DNA of 64,000 bases, from the IMG/VR virus record IMGVR_UViG_3300035703_000003; one strand, 5' to 3'. The translations under genes were made by a program, and so were the position numbers. Shown here one piece after another: positions 1 to 8,664 of this stretch. The notes below the pieces were generated by a model, which was not told where the DNA came from, did no database searches, and was given only the letters and a program-made list of their open reading frames with translations. Every line of letters starts with the position of its first letter. Position 1 is the first letter of the stretch. The DNA is from a virus. Its lineage: Duplodnaviria; Heunggongvirae; Uroviricota; Caudoviricetes.

Positions 1-2
1 AC

Positions 3-917
3 TATCATGCAACAAAAATTGCTGTTCCGTGGGAAAATCAAGGTAGTATAAATCACGCAATAGATATTTTTAAACCAATAAGTTATAAGGTAAGCAAATA
101 TTCAGAGATATTGCCGTATTTTGAAAATTATACAATTAGCTTATCAAAACATGACAAATGGCTAAACGAGGCGTTTAGTGATGCAGAGATGTTTGTCAAT
201 CACAACATACACAAAAGATTCTTTGTAGATAATTTTGAAGACCCCATTACTATATTCAACAAATGGTGGACTTATCATATTAACTGGTGTCAGTTTATTC
301 ATTATACTGCTCAGGTATACAGTGTAAGTGAATTGATGAAAATAGTATCATCTAGCAACACAGATTATGATGCTGTTATAAAATGGAGATTTGATGTACT
401 GTTCGATTATAAAAGTTTCGAATCGATGATAGTTGATCTCATTCGTAATATTAAGGATGATAATGCATTATATACAGAACTCGCTTGGGAGGGAATACAA
501 TGGACAGCCGATCTGAGATCGGATATTAATAATGTCGATAATAAACTAATAAGCCTACACGATGGCTGGTGGATAACAAACAAAGAAGTTAATAAAATCA
601 TGGCTAATAATTATCTCAACTGTTATATGTCGGACATGTGTAACACAGTAGGAAAAGAAGCTGGAACACACACATGGCATTATAACGGCGTAGTTAAGTG
701 TGGTCTATATATTAAATTAATTGGTAGAATAAATCATACAATCATAAGATTTCCTGCTAAAATACCACACGACTGGCACGAAAATACATCTAGTTATTAT
801 CCTCACTTATGGAATTCGCAATTTATCGCCAAAAAAGATAGTGATTTTAAAATGTCTTTACAATATTGGGACAAACGATCTCAATATTATACTATAAAAC
901 ATTTTGATTTTTATTAA
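3..917 (+). CDS. Glycosyltransferase-like protein, 5'-partial (frame open from window start)
   Basis: Frame has no stop from nt 3; YDAVIKWRFD motif matches YDVVLRTRSD of the convergent neighbour; very AT-rich. Confidence 0.5.
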   Translation, partial: YHATKIAVPWENQGSINHAIDIFKPISYKVSKYSEILPYFENYTISLSKHDKWLNEAFSDAEMFVNHNIHKRFFVDNFEDPITIFNKWWTYHINWCQFIHYTAQVYSVSELMKIVSSSNTDYDAVIKWRFDVLFDYKSFESMIVDLIRNIKDDNALYTELAWEGIQWTADLRSDINNVDNKLISLHDGWWITNKEVNKIMANNYLNCYMSDMCNTVGKEAGTHTWHYNGVVKCGLYIKLIGRINHTIIRFPAKIPHDWHENTSSYYPHLWNSQFIAKKDSDFKMSLQYWDKRSQYYTIKHFDFY

Positions 918-1770
918 AATTTTCATAATCTTCTTTTAGTAACTTAAAAGTCATTTGACTCATATCGTGGTTATTCCTTAACACTGTTGAATCAAACGCA
1001 GTAGGCCATGTTACCGAAAAACTTAACCAGTTAGTTTTACTATACGCACTTGTTTTCATCCATACCCAGTGTTGTAATATTGATTTGTAGTCTCCGACTT
1101 TTAAATCATAAAACAATGGTTTGTGCTCTGTTACCAACTTAAAACAATGTTCTTTAAGATTTTTGCTATAGTTATACCAAGGCGTCGGTAAAGAAATAAA
1201 GCAAAAATCTCCGATGTGTGGAGTTCCGCTTTCAATGTATAACCATGGTGCCATTACTTTATCTCTAAACACTGGATTTCTGTGCATATTACTAAATGCT
1301 GCTAGCCATTCAGATTCTGAAATGTTATTTAATATAGTATCACTCCGGGTTCGCAAGACAACATCGTACATACCTTCTAAATTACCGGTCATTGAGGTCA
1401 TGCCGTTGATAGCTAAGTATTGTCCGAAAAAATTAAAGCTATAGTCTGATATATGAGCTTCGTTAGTTTCAAATAAAATACTATGCCTTACGTTGTCAGG
1501 AATAAGATCTAAGTAACGATTATCCTTAACATTATACGCTTTTACATTTCTGATAAACTCAGTCATAACGCTTTTGTAATCAGCGACATGATAACGAACA
1601 GGAGCGTATGTGTTTTCGATACGTTGTTTTAGATTCGGAGAACCGTCGTCCCAAAAATAGCAATAATAATCAACCTTTATATTATTATTTGCAAATACTT
1701 TATTTTTATACCACCAAGAGCCTTCTTCTAAGAATCTCGGTTGACCAGTGACTAGTATTGCTACCCGCAT
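892..1770 (-). CDS. Glycosyltransferase-like protein
   Basis: N-terminal MRVAILVTGQPRF and YDVVLRTRSD motifs typical of phage GT-like proteins. Confidence 0.5.
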   Translation of the reverse strand: MRVAILVTGQPRFLEEGSWWYKNKVFANNNIKVDYYCYFWDDGSPNLKQRIENTYAPVRYHVADYKSVMTEFIRNVKAYNVKDNRYLDLIPDNVRHSILFETNEAHISDYSFNFFGQYLAINGMTSMTGNLEGMYDVVLRTRSDTILNNISESEWLAAFSNMHRNPVFRDKVMAPWLYIESGTPHIGDFCFISLPTPWYNYSKNLKEHCFKLVTEHKPLFYDLKVGDYKSILQHWVWMKTSAYSKTNWLSFSVTWPTAFDSTVLRNNHDMSQMTFKLLKEDYENFNKNQNVL

Positions 1771-1778
1771 ATAACCTC

Positions 1779-2969
1779 TTAATTTAACGGCAATTCGGGA
1801 TTCGGTGTTGTGAAGTTCTTTTTACGCATTACTGTTTTAGCAACTAAGTCTAGCACTTGACTGTGTGAATCCCAATTTAACACAAAAGGAACGTTAATAT
1901 CAGAACGCATGTCCTTGATAACAGCTTGTGCATCAGGACCCATTTGTGCAATCTTTTTACCATAATTAATATACGTGTCTTTGAATAAAATTGCAAGTTC
2001 TTTTATTGTGATTTGTTTCATGTTTCTTTCATCGTTAACACGGTCAAGGAAGTGACGTGTAAATTCTACGTCAATGCCTAACTTTCTAAACAGTTGGTCT
2101 AGATACTTTTCTAGTGTGTCTAACTGAACTTGTGTAATTTGCGGATTGTCTTCTTCATTTATGCCGTATTTGCTTACATATAGTTTTTCTAATTCACGTG
2201 GACTTAATCCAGCTGCGAAACTGTTTGCGATACGGAATGCATAATCACCTAACGAATGTCTTTCGCCCTTGCTTTTTACAAGTCTATGCATTGCTTCTAG
2301 TGCTGCATTGATTAGTTTTTCTTTTGCTTTTACGTTATATTCTTCTCTGTTCATTTCGCTTACATCTCTCACTGTTCTGATGCTACCATCATGGTTTACG
2401 AAATATGCTGAAAATTTCACATTAGGATATTCTTGTTGTAGTTTGTTAAACACTTTCAAGTTAGTCATACTATCGTCATACATTCTAACACGACCGTATT
2501 TTCCCGTATCCAAATAACGTCTTACAAAAACAGCTTTTTTCTCTGCAGGTATTGCATTACTTCTAATATTACCCGCTCTATGCACATGTATTAAGTCTAT
2601 ATTAATACCATGTTGTCTAAATGTATCTAGGAAAAGATCTTTGTCATCGAAATCTTCTCTTGCAGTTAACATAATAACTTTACTATCGCCTGCGTTCTGC
2701 AATATAGCATTTAGTTTTGCTATCATTGGTTTCATAGGCTCGCTTTCTTTATTAAACTTCTCTGCATTTCTGAATTCGCCAAAGTCAAACTCTTCGCCGG
2801 GCTGCAATTCATAATTGTTGAATTGTTGATTGTCTAATGTTTTTACTACATTACCATCCTTTACTACTTTTATCTTAGCAGTAGTATGGAATAATGTATC
2901 ATCAATATCAAATATGGTTAATCCTAAGTTAGAATCACCATAAGCCTCGAAAAGTTCTTTTAATCTCAT
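1779..2969 (-). CDS. Tagged multidomain putative virion protein: HAD phosphatase, small helical domain, possible BECR-fold RNase-like domain
   Basis: Starts MRLKELFE; FDIDDT, LTAR and YDD HAD motifs; C-terminal FTRHFLDR...KTVMRK. Confidence 0.65.
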   Translation of the reverse strand: MRLKELFEAYGDSNLGLTIFDIDDTLFHTTAKIKVVKDGNVVKTLDNQQFNNYELQPGEEFDFGEFRNAEKFNKESEPMKPMIAKLNAILQNAGDSKVIMLTAREDFDDKDLFLDTFRQHGINIDLIHVHRAGNIRSNAIPAEKKAVFVRRYLDTGKYGRVRMYDDSMTNLKVFNKLQQEYPNVKFSAYFVNHDGSIRTVRDVSEMNREEYNVKAKEKLINAALEAMHRLVKSKGERHSLGDYAFRIANSFAAGLSPRELEKLYVSKYGINEEDNPQITQVQLDTLEKYLDQLFRKLGIDVEFTRHFLDRVNDERNMKQITIKELAILFKDTYINYGKKIAQMGPDAQAVIKDMRSDINVPFVLNWDSHSQVLDLVAKTVMRKKNFTTPNPELPLN

Positions 2970-2982
2970 TTATCTAAATCCT

Positions 2983-3882
2983 TTAACGGCGTGTTGTGTT
3001 TGATGGCGGTGTCAACGGTCTAGATGTGCCGCCAGGTCTTGCGGCTTGACCTGGACCTGCTACTGTTCCGCTTGGATTGAATCTCGGAGTTCCGGGTAAT
3101 GGATTTGGATTTATTGTTCCCCCAGGTCTTGCGGCTTGACCTGGACCTGCTACTGTTCCGCTTGGATTGAATCTCGGAGTTCCGGGTAATGGATTTGGAT
3201 TTATTGTTCCCCCAGGTCTTGCGGCTTGACCTGGACCTGCTACTGTTCCGCTTGGATTGAATCGTGTAGGTGGTACATTACTGCTAGCTGGTGGTCTTGC
3301 TGCGTCTAAGCCATCTTGATAACCACGTCTACGTTGTAATTCTGTGTTGCCGTCTCCTCGCCCGCCTGTTGCTGGACTAGCTGCTGGCATACTACCCTGG
3401 GCGCCAACTGTTGGTCTTGCTCCGCCTTGCGCTCTGTTTAACGCAGACATAGTTTGATCACCGGCAATTCCGTCTACTTGTAAACCAAAATCTGTTTGAA
3501 ATTGTTTAACCGCGGCGGCAGTTCTTGGACCAAATTTTCCATCTGCTCCGGTGTCTCCAAGATCATAACCTTTGTCTATCAACATTTGTTGAAGGCCGCT
3601 TACATCAGAACCAGACGAGCCACGTCTTAGATTTGAAGTAGTTGTCCCAGGAGCTCGTACACCTGTGGGTGCTCCACTAGTCGATTGATCAGGTCTAGTT
3701 GGTTGTCCCCGAGTTATAGGCCCGCTAACTTCTTGGCCTGGTCTAGCTGGTAATCCTCTGAATACAGGCCCGCCAGGTCTTGCACTTTGTCCTGGTCCAG
3801 CCACTGTTCCGTCGGGATTAAAATTCGGAGTTCCCCTGCCGGCAGGTAATGCTGGTCTTTCAAATAAATCTTTCAATCTCAT
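2983..3882 (-). CDS. Tagged Pro/Gly-rich protein with PG_binding_1 domain
   Basis: Starts MRLKDLFE; LQQMLIDKGY..GADGKFGPRTAAAVKQFQ..GLQVDGIAG. Confidence 0.8.
   Translation of the reverse strand: MRLKDLFERPALPAGRGTPNFNPDGTVAGPGQSARPGGPVFRGLPARPGQEVSGPITRGQPTRPDQSTSGAPTGVRAPGTTTSNLRRGSSGSDVSGLQQMLIDKGYDLGDTGADGKFGPRTAAAVKQFQTDFGLQVDGIAGDQTMSALNRAQGGARPTVGAQGSMPAASPATGGRGDGNTELQRRRGYQDGLDAARPPASSNVPPTRFNPSGTVAGPGQAARPGGTINPNPLPGTPRFNPSGTVAGPGQAARPGGTINPNPLPGTPRFNPSGTVAGPGQAARPGGTSRPLTPPSNTTRR
3032..3263. repeat. Intragenic 90-bp tandem repeat, about 2.6 identical copies (30-aa unit PGTPRFNPSGTVAGPGQAARPGGTINPNPL)
   Basis: ccaggtcttgcggcttgacc recurs at 3032, 3122 and 3212; diverged copy near 3772-3835. 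Confidence 0.95.
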
Positions 3883-4118
3883 TTTGTTTTTTTCTCCCGG
3901 ACCAGATCGTCCTTGTATTCTTCTATGTAGTATTCTAGTGATTTATCACCACTACATATTTCAAAGTTTTCATTATTTATTGTTTTGCCTCTTATAAGAT
4001 TTTTAGTTTTTTTGTCAATACTCTTAACATGTATTACCATGTCCTTATCCTGATGCTTATAATAAATTATATGCTGCGGATTAAAGTATCTCCAAATCTT
4101 TTTAAAAAACAATTTCAT
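3879..4118 (-). CDS. Hypothetical protein
   Basis: ATGA-type overlaps with both neighbours. Confidence 0.6.
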   Translation of the reverse strand: MKLFFKKIWRYFNPQHIIYYKHQDKDMVIHVKSIDKKTKNLIRGKTINNENFEICSGDKSLEYYIEEYKDDLVREKKTK

Positions 4119-5527
4119 TTCTCACGACCTGCTTTCATATTAGCAAGCCAGTGTGCCATACGCTGCTTTTCGCCTGAACTATTTTTAGCTGTTTTTCGCA
4201 AATCACTAACACTGGCTTTGGTATTTACACCCATACGCTTTGCCAGACCTTTGCGCCCTGGATTTTTACCATCTGCAAAGTTTTCATTTGTTTTTTCTAC
4301 AGGGAAATATGCTTTAATAGTTTTACCCATACGTTGCGCTGCGGCTGCACGATGGTTGCCATCAATTACACTGTACTTACCGTCACTAAACTGTGGTCCT
4401 ACAATAATTGGTGCGCTTAGGTCAACACGATGACTGTAGTCGATATCTACAATACGATCAAATGGATCATCATAGTCGAAGAATTCTTCCTCACTTGGGA
4501 ACATGTCTGGGGTAAAGTTTCCAAGTTGCCAATCATGAGCTAAGATGAACCGATCCATGTCTTTGTTCATACCAGCATCGTGATGCATACCTCTGAAGAT
4601 TTTCAGCATTTCTTTGCCAGATTCTTCAGCTAATCCTTCTCTAGCCGCCGCTGCTTTTTCATCACTAGTATCGCCGGTAACCTTGTATGTTTTACCGTTT
4701 ACACTAAATTCTTTTTTACCTGCTTTGATAGCATTCATACGTGCATCAGTAAATGGGTTTGATTCGTTAATATTGTCTGATAATAGATTAACAATTTTAG
4801 GCAATAGAGACTGATTCCTTGTAGCTTCTGGCAAGTCGCTATCTTTCATTGGTCTAATGCCTTTTATTTTTACATGCTCATTCTTTTCAAAACGTTTAAT
4901 AAACTTCTCAACGGGCAATGGGCCGTCATAGTCAATTAATGTGTTTCCAAGTTTAACTGCAGCGTGATCTGCGTTGCCACGATCATTAATAAGAACCACT
5001 ATATCTCCACCGTGTATTTTTTGTAATGCTTGTGCTACTAATACACATCCACCATCAAACGGACCACAATCTTCGGGTTCTAAAATGTCATAAATGTTTT
5101 CTTTTGCTTCATTAGTAAGATCATGTGCAACCTTAAGTGCTGCTGGACCTTGTGGATGTCTTGGATTGATACTAACAACATCGCCGTTCATAAGATCACT
5201 GACGCTGGCACTCTTGCCTATTTTGTCTAACAGTTGATGTAACTTATCCTCAGGATCATAACCGTTTGTCTCGTATCCTAGTTTACCACGCACTTCAGTT
5301 CGCTTGCCTGTTTGTTTGTTTAAAATATGTAGGACTAGCATACCTGCACGGTTGTCACGCTCCAGTTGTAACATGTAACTATTGCCACTGCTTTCTTTAA
5401 GATAAGGTAAACTGAACCACAGCTTAAACCAATCGTCTGTTCCTGGCTTTACTTTCTTTTCACGCTCGATGTCACGCAAACGCTTGCTTGTATGACTAAT
5501 ATTTTCTGATATTTCGTTTATTTTCAT
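4115..5527 (-). CDS. Tagged polyvalent protein with a Cys-His-Asp (papain/transglutaminase-like) domain and a ParB/Srx domain
   Basis: Starts MKINEISE; GGCVLVAQAL..DHAAVK..IDYDG; PIIV..YSVIDGNHRAAAA. Confidence 0.65.
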   Translation of the reverse strand: MKINEISENISHTSKRLRDIEREKKVKPGTDDWFKLWFSLPYLKESSGNSYMLQLERDNRAGMLVLHILNKQTGKRTEVRGKLGYETNGYDPEDKLHQLLDKIGKSASVSDLMNGDVVSINPRHPQGPAALKVAHDLTNEAKENIYDILEPEDCGPFDGGCVLVAQALQKIHGGDIVVLINDRGNADHAAVKLGNTLIDYDGPLPVEKFIKRFEKNEHVKIKGIRPMKDSDLPEATRNQSLLPKIVNLLSDNINESNPFTDARMNAIKAGKKEFSVNGKTYKVTGDTSDEKAAAAREGLAEESGKEMLKIFRGMHHDAGMNKDMDRFILAHDWQLGNFTPDMFPSEEEFFDYDDPFDRIVDIDYSHRVDLSAPIIVGPQFSDGKYSVIDGNHRAAAAQRMGKTIKAYFPVEKTNENFADGKNPGRKGLAKRMGVNTKASVSDLRKTAKNSSGEKQRMAHWLANMKAGREK

Positions 5528-5889
5528 TTCGCCAGACCTAAGTTAAACAATGTATTTGTTGTGCTAGTATTTAACAGTTTTGGCTTGCCGTCGCCTCCGA
5601 AAAACTTTTTAGCTTGACGCTCAGTTTCACCGGGCTTAACATCGACTGTAGTATTAACACCAGGAACAATTTTACCATCTTCATCTACACGCTTGCCACG
5701 CTTACCGTAAGCACCGCCTGCATACCACTCACACCATCCGTTTGGGTCTATGTTACCTGCAACTGCACTACATTTGTTAGGATCTCTCCACATTGTGCAG
5801 TTAATACATTTTTGTCCGTTCTTAGGATCAGGCTGATAACCTGCTTCAGCCTTAGACCCTTTCCCTTCAAATAGCTCATGTATTCTCAT
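5524..5889 (-). CDS. Tagged protein with high-potential iron-sulfur protein (HiPIP)-like domain
   Basis: Starts MRIHELFE; YQPDPKNGQKCINC-x8-CSAVAGNIDPNGWC, the four-Cys small HiPIP pattern. Confidence 0.75.
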   Translation of the reverse strand: MRIHELFEGKGSKAEAGYQPDPKNGQKCINCTMWRDPNKCSAVAGNIDPNGWCEWYAGGAYGKRGKRVDEDGKIVPGVNTTVDVKPGETERQAKKFFGGDGKPKLLNTSTTNTLFNLGLAK

Positions 5890-7082
5890 CTTGGTCCTAC
5901 TCCCATTGCCGTTGGCGGTGTTCCAGTTGATGGTTTAGGTTTAGGAGGAGTGATAGGCTTTGGTGCAGACTTGGGGGGAGTTAATCCGGTCCCTGTTCTA
6001 TCTTGTGCGCCCATCGGTGTTGGACTTCCTGACCCTGTAGTTAGTTTAGGTATATTAGTCGGAGTAGTTGGGGCCACTCTCGGTGTTGGACTAACAGGTC
6101 TAGTAGGTAAACTTACGTTGTTAAAGATTTCTCGCATAGCACTTAATGTTTGCACGCCTGCTATACCATCAACTTGTAGACCGTAATCTTGTTGAAACTT
6201 TCTTACCGCTGCAGTTGTATTCCCGCCATAACGACCGTCGACTCCCTGATCGCCTACAGTATATCCTAATGTTGTAAGACCTTTTTGTAAAGTTTTAACA
6301 CTGTCTAATGGAACACCTTCTGCTCTGTAATCTCTTTTAAGATTTATTGCTCCACTAGGACCTGGCAACTTACTAACATCAATTTTAGGGATAACTTTAG
6401 GTGGTATAACGTTTACTCTAGCAGGAATACTTGTAAATGGATTTGGAACGGCATTCGGGGGAGTTAACTTGGGACGTTCTAAGTTCGGTGCGGACATAGT
6501 AGACACTGTTGTTCTAAACGCAGATGGTGATGTATAATTTGGCCCAGCTGTAGTTAATGCTCTATCTAATGTATTATATCCTGCTGATAAGTTTGCATAT
6601 CCATCTGCACTGTAATTAGGATCAGTGCGACGCCATCTAATATAGTTGTCTCCTAATACTTCTGCTGCAGTGTTAGGGTCAATATCAGGATTTCCTAAAA
6701 ATTCGGTTGCAGTTCTACGATATGACGGCTCGTTTTCCATTTCATATCTAACAAACTTTGCTTGTGCATCTAATGTTTCTTGTCCGGGTATAAGATTTCC
6801 GCTATTATCTATCCGGCCTTGGTCGTTCATAAATCTCATAAATGAATCATGACGTGGTCCTTGCCAGCTAATCATACCTGCATTGCTAGCACGATTGTAT
6901 GGATCTGTATGCGTTCCATACAAATATCTGTCTTGAAAACTATTTTCTCTATTAACCTCTGCAGTAAGAGCTCTTGCTTGAGCATCACTAAATCCTGCAT
7001 TAGTAAATGCATTATAAACGCCCAATGCGTTTGCTTCACGACTAGTTAATTCTCCTGCTTCGAACAGTTCTTTTAATCTCAT
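5886..7082 (-). CDS. Tagged virion peptidoglycan hydrolase: tail-lysozyme-like domain, PG_binding_1, Pro-rich tail
   Basis: Starts MRLKELFE; AQARALTAEVNRENSF..GMISWQGPR..LDAQAKFVRYEM; VDGRYGGNTTAAVRKFQ..GLQVDGIAG. Confidence 0.75.
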   Translation of the reverse strand: MRLKELFEAGELTSREANALGVYNAFTNAGFSDAQARALTAEVNRENSFQDRYLYGTHTDPYNRASNAGMISWQGPRHDSFMRFMNDQGRIDNSGNLIPGQETLDAQAKFVRYEMENEPSYRRTATEFLGNPDIDPNTAAEVLGDNYIRWRRTDPNYSADGYANLSAGYNTLDRALTTAGPNYTSPSAFRTTVSTMSAPNLERPKLTPPNAVPNPFTSIPARVNVIPPKVIPKIDVSKLPGPSGAINLKRDYRAEGVPLDSVKTLQKGLTTLGYTVGDQGVDGRYGGNTTAAVRKFQQDYGLQVDGIAGVQTLSAMREIFNNVSLPTRPVSPTPRVAPTTPTNIPKLTTGSGSPTPMGAQDRTGTGLTPPKSAPKPITPPKPKPSTGTPPTAMGVGPR

Positions 7083-7086
7083 TTTA

Positions 7087-7722
7087 TTATCCTGCTAGTA
7101 TAGTTAATAGTTGTAGTATTGCTTCTGGATGCATCGATTGTCTTGGTGTAGCTAACAGTTGAATTTCTGTTCGCATTTTGTCTGCGTCTTCTGGACTTAC
7201 TCCACGGCTTTCTAGTTTGTCGATAAGATTGTTAATTTTATTTAAATCAATCGGGAGTGGTGGTTGCTCTTGTTCTCCTGCTTCTGTTGCAAAGGATCTT
7301 AATTTTCTTGCTATTTTAGGGTCTCTTAGTAATCTTAACGCTTTTACTCCTAGTTGGCCGACACGGCCATCGCTTATTCCCAATACATTTGCTATTTGTG
7401 TATTTGTCATAGGATTATTAAATGGTTCAATTCCAAACTGTGCTTTAAGTATTAGTGCGTATCGGCGTGGTAATTGATCTATTGCTGCATGTATTTCTTT
7501 TGTTAGTTCTTCACGATTTACTGTATCGAATTGGTCAGCATCATAGCTACCGGTGGGGAAATCAACTTGTGTGCCTTTAACAGTAATGTCTCTTTTACTA
7601 ATACTTTTACTGTTAGGCACTCTGCCCCCGATAGTAGTGTTGCGGTATGTTTCGCTGTCTGGATTGTATAACGCCATTACCTGCTTATCACTAAATGTTT
7701 CTGATAAATCTCTTAGTTTCAT
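7087..7722 (-). CDS. Tagged protein with a stand-alone RpoD-like sigma70 region 4 HTH
   Basis: Starts MKLRDLSE; LPRRYALILKAQFGI..MTNTQIANVLGISDGRVGQLGVKALRLLRDPKIARKLRSF aligns to the RpoD C-terminus. Confidence 0.8.
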   Translation of the reverse strand: MKLRDLSETFSDKQVMALYNPDSETYRNTTIGGRVPNSKSISKRDITVKGTQVDFPTGSYDADQFDTVNREELTKEIHAAIDQLPRRYALILKAQFGIEPFNNPMTNTQIANVLGISDGRVGQLGVKALRLLRDPKIARKLRSFATEAGEQEQPPLPIDLNKINNLIDKLESRGVSPEDADKMRTEIQLLATPRQSMHPEAILQLLTILAG

Positions 7723-8276
7723 TTTTTATATTGTCCCAAATATTCAGCTACTAAGTCAAAGAAAGGTTTACCATCAATCATAGTATCGGCAGATACACCT
7801 GCAGCATCTGCAAATGCTTGTTTGTCTCCCATTGCAACCGCTGTTCTTAATGCAGTTGCACTACTTAATCTTGGTGTTGGCACTTGTGTTATTTTAGGGA
7901 AGTTATAACCACCATGTGCGCCCTCTTTGCCATTATATTGCTGTAATGTTTTTAAAACCCAATCTTCGTCGGTATAGATCCTCAATTCAACATCGCCGTG
8001 TTTTTGATAAATTTCGTTTGCAAGTGTAAGCCAGCTTTGACTAGGTGCAATATGCTTTGCTACTTCTGGCCAAATAGTTTCCATTGCTTTTATTTTTACA
8101 TCATATGGTAACGGATCTTTTGGACCTTGTGTAGATTTGTTTGTGCCAACATACCAAGCAGGATTTTCACTAGCCATTTGCCATGCAGCTTTATGACCTT
8201 TATGAGGAGGATTGAATCGTCCAAATATTAATCCTACACTATTAACGTTTGCTTCAAATAATTCGAATAATCTCAT
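7719..8276 (-). CDS. Tagged HxGH cytidyltransferase/NMNAT-like nucleotidyltransferase
   Basis: Starts MRLFELFE; FGRFNPPHKGH, KDPLPYDVK, SSATALR. Confidence 0.8.
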   Translation of the reverse strand: MRLFELFEANVNSVGLIFGRFNPPHKGHKAAWQMASENPAWYVGTNKSTQGPKDPLPYDVKIKAMETIWPEVAKHIAPSQSWLTLANEIYQKHGDVELRIYTDEDWVLKTLQQYNGKEGAHGGYNFPKITQVPTPRLSSATALRTAVAMGDKQAFADAAGVSADTMIDGKPFFDLVAEYLGQYKK

Positions 8277-8303
8277 TTTACTGTTTCCTTGTCAACCTTG
8301 TCA

Positions 8304-8660
8304 TCACCAAGCCCTGCAACTCCAGTATCTTGCTTTAGTCTTAGGCCCAGGATTATCGCAATTGTGTCTTGCACGGAAACTACGGCGACGTGCTGGGTTT
8401 GATTTTTTAATACGCATGTTTGGATCACCAAAGTTTACTTTTTTAACATTTCCTGTGCCAGGATCTTTTACATAAACTTTGAATTTTTTTACATCGCCTT
8501 GCATAGGCTTGTTGAGCTGCACATTGCGCCCTTGATATTCGGCTTCGAAGAGACCATCTTCGTCATATGCTAAGTAGCCAAATTCTTCGTGAAAATCTTG
8601 ATTATCATCTAACGTGATTTCGTTTTCACTATTCTCGGTTATAAGGTCTGAAAATTTCAT
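8304..8660 (-). CDS. Tagged conserved basic phage protein (DUF6321-like)
   Basis: Starts MKFSDLITE; KKVNFGDPNM..RRRSFRARHNC..ARYWSC. Confidence 0.6.
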   Translation of the reverse strand: MKFSDLITENSENEITLDDNQDFHEEFGYLAYDEDGLFEAEYQGRNVQLNKPMQGDVKKFKVYVKDPGTGNVKKVNFGDPNMRIKKSNPARRRSFRARHNCDNPGPKTKARYWSCRAW

Positions 8661-8664
8661 AAGA

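Noticed and set aside
3032-3263. Possible CRISPR array
   Set aside because: Contiguous identical 90-bp in-frame coding repeats with no unique spacers
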